Below are positions 29,074-32,000 of a stretch of 32,000 nucleotides of DNA, piece by piece; within the stretch, counting starts at the first letter, position 1, and each line of letters starts with the position of its first letter. The position numbers were made by a program, and so were the translations under genes. Below the pieces are notes generated by a model. That model did no database searches. It saw only the letters and a program-made list of their open reading frames with translations, and was not told the DNA's origin. The DNA is from Nitrosospira multiformis ATCC 25196 (GTDB lineage: Bacteria > Pseudomonadota > Gammaproteobacteria > Burkholderiales > Nitrosomonadaceae): positions 2,460,001-2,492,000 of the forward strand of contig NC_007614.1 of the NCBI RefSeq assembly GCF_000196355.1, read 5' to 3'.

Positions 29074-30265
29074 ACGTGCACATAAAATCTTCCGGATACT
29101 GACCCTCAACCAGATTTCGCCGCTGGGCCTCAAGCTTTTCAGTTCCAGCCATTATAAAGTGGGCAGCGACACAACCGAGCCCGATGCGATTCTGGTGCGC
29201 TCCCACAATATGCTGGACATGGATATTCCTCCCAGCGTGAAAGCAATAGGCCGGGCCGGGGCAGGCACGAACAACGTACCGGTCAGCGCCATGAACCTGC
29301 GCGGGGTGCCCGTTTTCAATGCGCCGGGAGCCAATGCCAACGCAGTCAAGGAACTGGTGCTGGCAGGCCTGCTGATCGCTTCCCGTAACCTGATTCCGGC
29401 GATTCATTTCACCGAAAAACTGGAAGGCGATAACGAGACCCTGAACAGGCTGTCTGAGAACGGCAAAAAGCAGTTTGCTGGCATCGAACTGCCCAGACGT
29501 ACGCTGGGCATCATTGGCCTGGGCGCAATAGGACGCCTGGTGGCTGATGCAGCGCTTCGGCTTGGCATGAAGGTGATGGGATATGATCCCAATATCACCG
29601 TGGATGCAGCCTGGAACCTGTCCTCGGAGGTCAAGCGCGCGGAAAGCATCGAAGATTTGTTGCGCAACAGCGAGTTTGTAACATTGCACGTACCCCTGCT
29701 AGATTCGACCCGGCACCTCGTCAACCGGCAGGTTGTGCAAAGCATGAGAAACAGTACGATTCTGCTCAACTTTTCGCGTGACGGCATCGTGGATGAAAAT
29801 GCCGTGCTCGAAGGAATCGAGATGGGGAAGATAAAATATTACGTAAGCGATTTCCCCAGCGAAAAGCTTCAACATCATGCAAGGGTTATCACCCTGCCGC
29901 ATCTGGGCGCATCCACTCAGGAAGCGGAAGAGAATTGCGCGGTAATGGTGACGAAGCAGGTAATCGATTATCTGGAGAACGGCGGCATTACCAATGCAGT
30001 CAACTTCCCCAATATAACAATGGAGCGGGAATCCCCTTATCGACTCGCCGTTGCGAATGCCAACGTACCGAACATGGTGGGGCAAATTTCCACCGCCATG
30101 GCGAAAGCCGGTCTCAATATCCACACCATGGGTAACAAGTCTCGCGGCGAAATGGCCTACACCCTGGTGGATGTCGACAGTCCGGTACCCCAGGAAACGA
30201 TCGACGAGATTGCGGCGATAAAGGGTGTGTTGAATGTACGCTACCTGCCGGTACCGGCCAAATAG
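29066..30265 (+). CDS. serA: D-3-phosphoglycerate dehydrogenase
   Basis: VKAIGRAGAGTNNVPV...RTLGIIGLGAIGRLVADAALRLGMKVMGYDP...LHVPLLDSTRHLVN; C-terminal ACT-like NMVGQISTAMAKAGLNI. Start moved to ATG 29066, overlapping serC. Confidence 0.92.
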   Translation: MPERAHKIFRILTLNQISPLGLKLFSSSHYKVGSDTTEPDAILVRSHNMLDMDIPPSVKAIGRAGAGTNNVPVSAMNLRGVPVFNAPGANANAVKELVLAGLLIASRNLIPAIHFTEKLEGDNETLNRLSENGKKQFAGIELPRRTLGIIGLGAIGRLVADAALRLGMKVMGYDPNITVDAAWNLSSEVKRAESIEDLLRNSEFVTLHVPLLDSTRHLVNRQVVQSMRNSTILLNFSRDGIVDENAVLEGIEMGKIKYYVSDFPSEKLQHHARVITLPHLGASTQEAEENCAVMVTKQVIDYLENGGITNAVNFPNITMERESPYRLAVANANVPNMVGQISTAMAKAGLNIHTMGNKSRGEMAYTLVDVDSPVPQETIDEIAAIKGVLNVRYLPVPAK

Positions 30266-30322
30266 CTGCCATTTCATGTCATAGCTTTGGCAGGTACGGT
30301 TCAAAACAGAAATTATCCCGCG

Positions 30323-31390
30323 ATGACCGCTCAACTCAAACAGCTGCGCGACAAGATAGATGCAATCGACAGCGAACTCCTGAAGCTGGTGAGCGCGCGG
30401 GCAGATCTCGCCCGCGAAATCGGAGAAATCAAGAATGGCACTGCGTATCGGCCCGAACGTGAAGCTCAGGTGCTGGCGCGGATGCGCGAACTGAACCCGG
30501 GGCCCTTGGAGAATGAACAGGTTGCGCGGTTATTTACGGAGATCATGTCTCTCTGTCGATCCATGGAAGAACCTCTGACAGTCGCATACCTGGGACCGAG
30601 GGGCACGTTTTCCGAAGAAGCTGCGCTCAAGCGCTTCGGTAGCGTTGTGACTTCGCTGCCGTGCAATTCGATAGATGACGTATTTAGCAAGGTGGAAGCC
30701 GGCAAGGCAAATTATGGGGTTGTACCGGTAGAGAATTCGACCGAGGGCGCAGTGGGTAGGTCGCTCGATCTGTTGCTGCAAACCCGCTTGAAGGTGTGCG
30801 GCGAAGTGGCGCTGGCCATACATCAGCTTCTGCTGGCGCATCATACCGACCTTGCACGCATTCGCAGGATTTACTCTCATCCTCAATCGTTTGCTCAATG
30901 TCACGAGTGGCTCAATGTCCATTTGCCCCATTTACCCGCGTCGGCAAGAATCAACGCCGCGAGCAATGCGGATGCTGCCAGACTGGCGGCGGAAGATGAA
31001 AGCGCCGCGGCAGTGGCGGGAAAAAAGGCGGGAGAAGTATATGGTCTCACTGTCTGTGCCGAGAACATCGAGGATGATCCCAGCAATACGACCCGCTTCC
31101 TGGTAATAGGTGAGCAGGAAGTCGCCCCTTCCGGCAGGGATAAAACGTCGCTGGTAACGTCGGTCAGGAATCGGCCGGGCGCCATACATGAGTTACTGGC
31201 CCCGTTCGCCCATCATGGAGTCAGCATGACCCGGCTTGAATCGCGCCCGTCCCGTGCGGGTTTATGGGAATACGTGTTTTTTGTGGATGTCGAAGGCCAC
31301 CAGCAGGAGCCGAAAGTCTCCCAGGCGCTGCGCGAACTGGTGGAAAAAGCGGCGTTTCTCAAAGTGCTCGGCTCATATCCCGCAGCCTGA
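30323..31390 (+). CDS. pheA: Bifunctional chorismate mutase / prephenate dehydratase (P-protein)
   Basis: LRDKIDAIDSELLKLVSARADLAREIGEIK (CM) plus VAYLGPRGTFSEEAALKRFG, VPVENSTEGAVGRSLDLL, TRFLVIG, and ACT GVSMTRLESRPSRAGLWEYVFFVD. Start moved to ATG 30323. Confidence 0.96.
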   Translation: MTAQLKQLRDKIDAIDSELLKLVSARADLAREIGEIKNGTAYRPEREAQVLARMRELNPGPLENEQVARLFTEIMSLCRSMEEPLTVAYLGPRGTFSEEAALKRFGSVVTSLPCNSIDDVFSKVEAGKANYGVVPVENSTEGAVGRSLDLLLQTRLKVCGEVALAIHQLLLAHHTDLARIRRIYSHPQSFAQCHEWLNVHLPHLPASARINAASNADAARLAAEDESAAAVAGKKAGEVYGLTVCAENIEDDPSNTTRFLVIGEQEVAPSGRDKTSLVTSVRNRPGAIHELLAPFAHHGVSMTRLESRPSRAGLWEYVFFVDVEGHQQEPKVSQALRELVEKAAFLKVLGSYPAA

Positions 31391-31656
31391 CCCTCCTCCT
31401 CTGTTTTCTCATAAACCTCCATGCGCTGCCGCGAAATGCCGTAAAGTGAATCCCGTGCGATGATCCAGTTACCCTGCGAAAAATTCGGCGTCATATCATT
31501 GCGGCTCCGCACCCCGGAATCTCCGATGGGGGGCCATGACGAAGATTTTGCCTACGGCCGGGAAACGGGTTATTGCAAGCATGAATCCATGCTTTTTGTG
31601 CGATTGCCTGTCCTGTTGACGGTTATTATTTTCTGCTTTTTCTTCCCTACCATCTT

Positions 31657-32000
31657 ATGAATATTTGCGATCTCGCTCCTGCATATATCCGTGCCATCAG
31701 TCCCTATCAGCCCGGCAAGCCTATTTCTGAACTGGCCCGGGAGATGGGGATGGATGAACAGTCCATCATCAAGCTTGCGTCCAATGAAAACCCCCTGGGA
31801 ACCAGTCCAATGGCCCTGAACGCAATGAGCAAGGCGCTCGACGAGGTTTCGTTGTATCCGGACGGAAGCGGATTTGAGCTGAAAGCAGCGCTGTCCGAGC
31901 GCTATGGCGTGACCAGCGATCAGATTGTGCTGGGCAACGGTTCCAATGACGTTCTGGAGTTGGCCGCGCGCGTATTCCTGAAGCCGGGGGCCTCGACCGT
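31657..32000 (+). CDS. hisC: Histidinol-phosphate aminotransferase, N-terminal part (continues past the window)
   Basis: [72 protein letters not shown]..; open to the window end. Confidence 0.93.
   Translation, partial: MNICDLAPAYIRAISPYQPGKPISELAREMGMDEQSIIKLASNENPLGTSPMALNAMSKALDEVSLYPDGSGFELKAALSERYGVTSDQIVLGNGSNDVLELAARVFLKPGAST

Noticed and set aside
29042-30334. Minus-strand ORFs of 215 and 211 aa
   Set aside because: Both are antisense to serA and carry no family motifs; they are shadows of the long coding sequence.

Overview
This window looks like chromosome from a betaproteobacterium, probably a Nitrosospira/Nitrosomonas-like ammonia oxidiser. The taxonomy is inferred from gene order and the ssrA tag only. 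It has three parts. (A) 1-10860 is mixed and gene-poor. It holds a cytochrome P450, a two-repeat DUF1508/YegP-like protein, an M32 carboxypeptidase and a PhnB/VOC protein. The last two sit between two copies of a ~0.46 kb segmental duplication, each carrying the same small hypothetical gene. A complete IS2-group IS3-family element (7462-8784, 5-bp TSD ATCCC) is nested inside a decayed second IS3-family element. (B) 10860-20676 is a compact ~9.8 kb integrative element at the 3' end of ssrA (tmRNA, minus strand). It is bounded by 120-bp direct repeats with one mismatch, each containing the ssrA terminator. It encodes a tyrosine integrase, a hypothetical protein, an AlpA-like regulator, a DUF927/P4-primase-like helicase gene split by one in-frame amber codon, and a type III-like Mod/Res pair. 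A dense GTAAC/GTTAC motif cluster (23 copies in ~520 bp, partly phased at 6 bp) lies between the DUF927 gene and mod. Related triple TTACCG arrays lie just inside (one reaching into) both att repeats. These repeat arrays are the most interesting unexplained signal. (C) 20674-32000 is conserved core: ssrA, gph, ubiG, an mtaD-like deaminase, an OmpA-family gene, gyrA, serC, serA, pheA and the start of hisC. No CRISPR array and no clearly novel multi-gene defence system was found. All product names come from recognising protein motifs by eye, with no database search.
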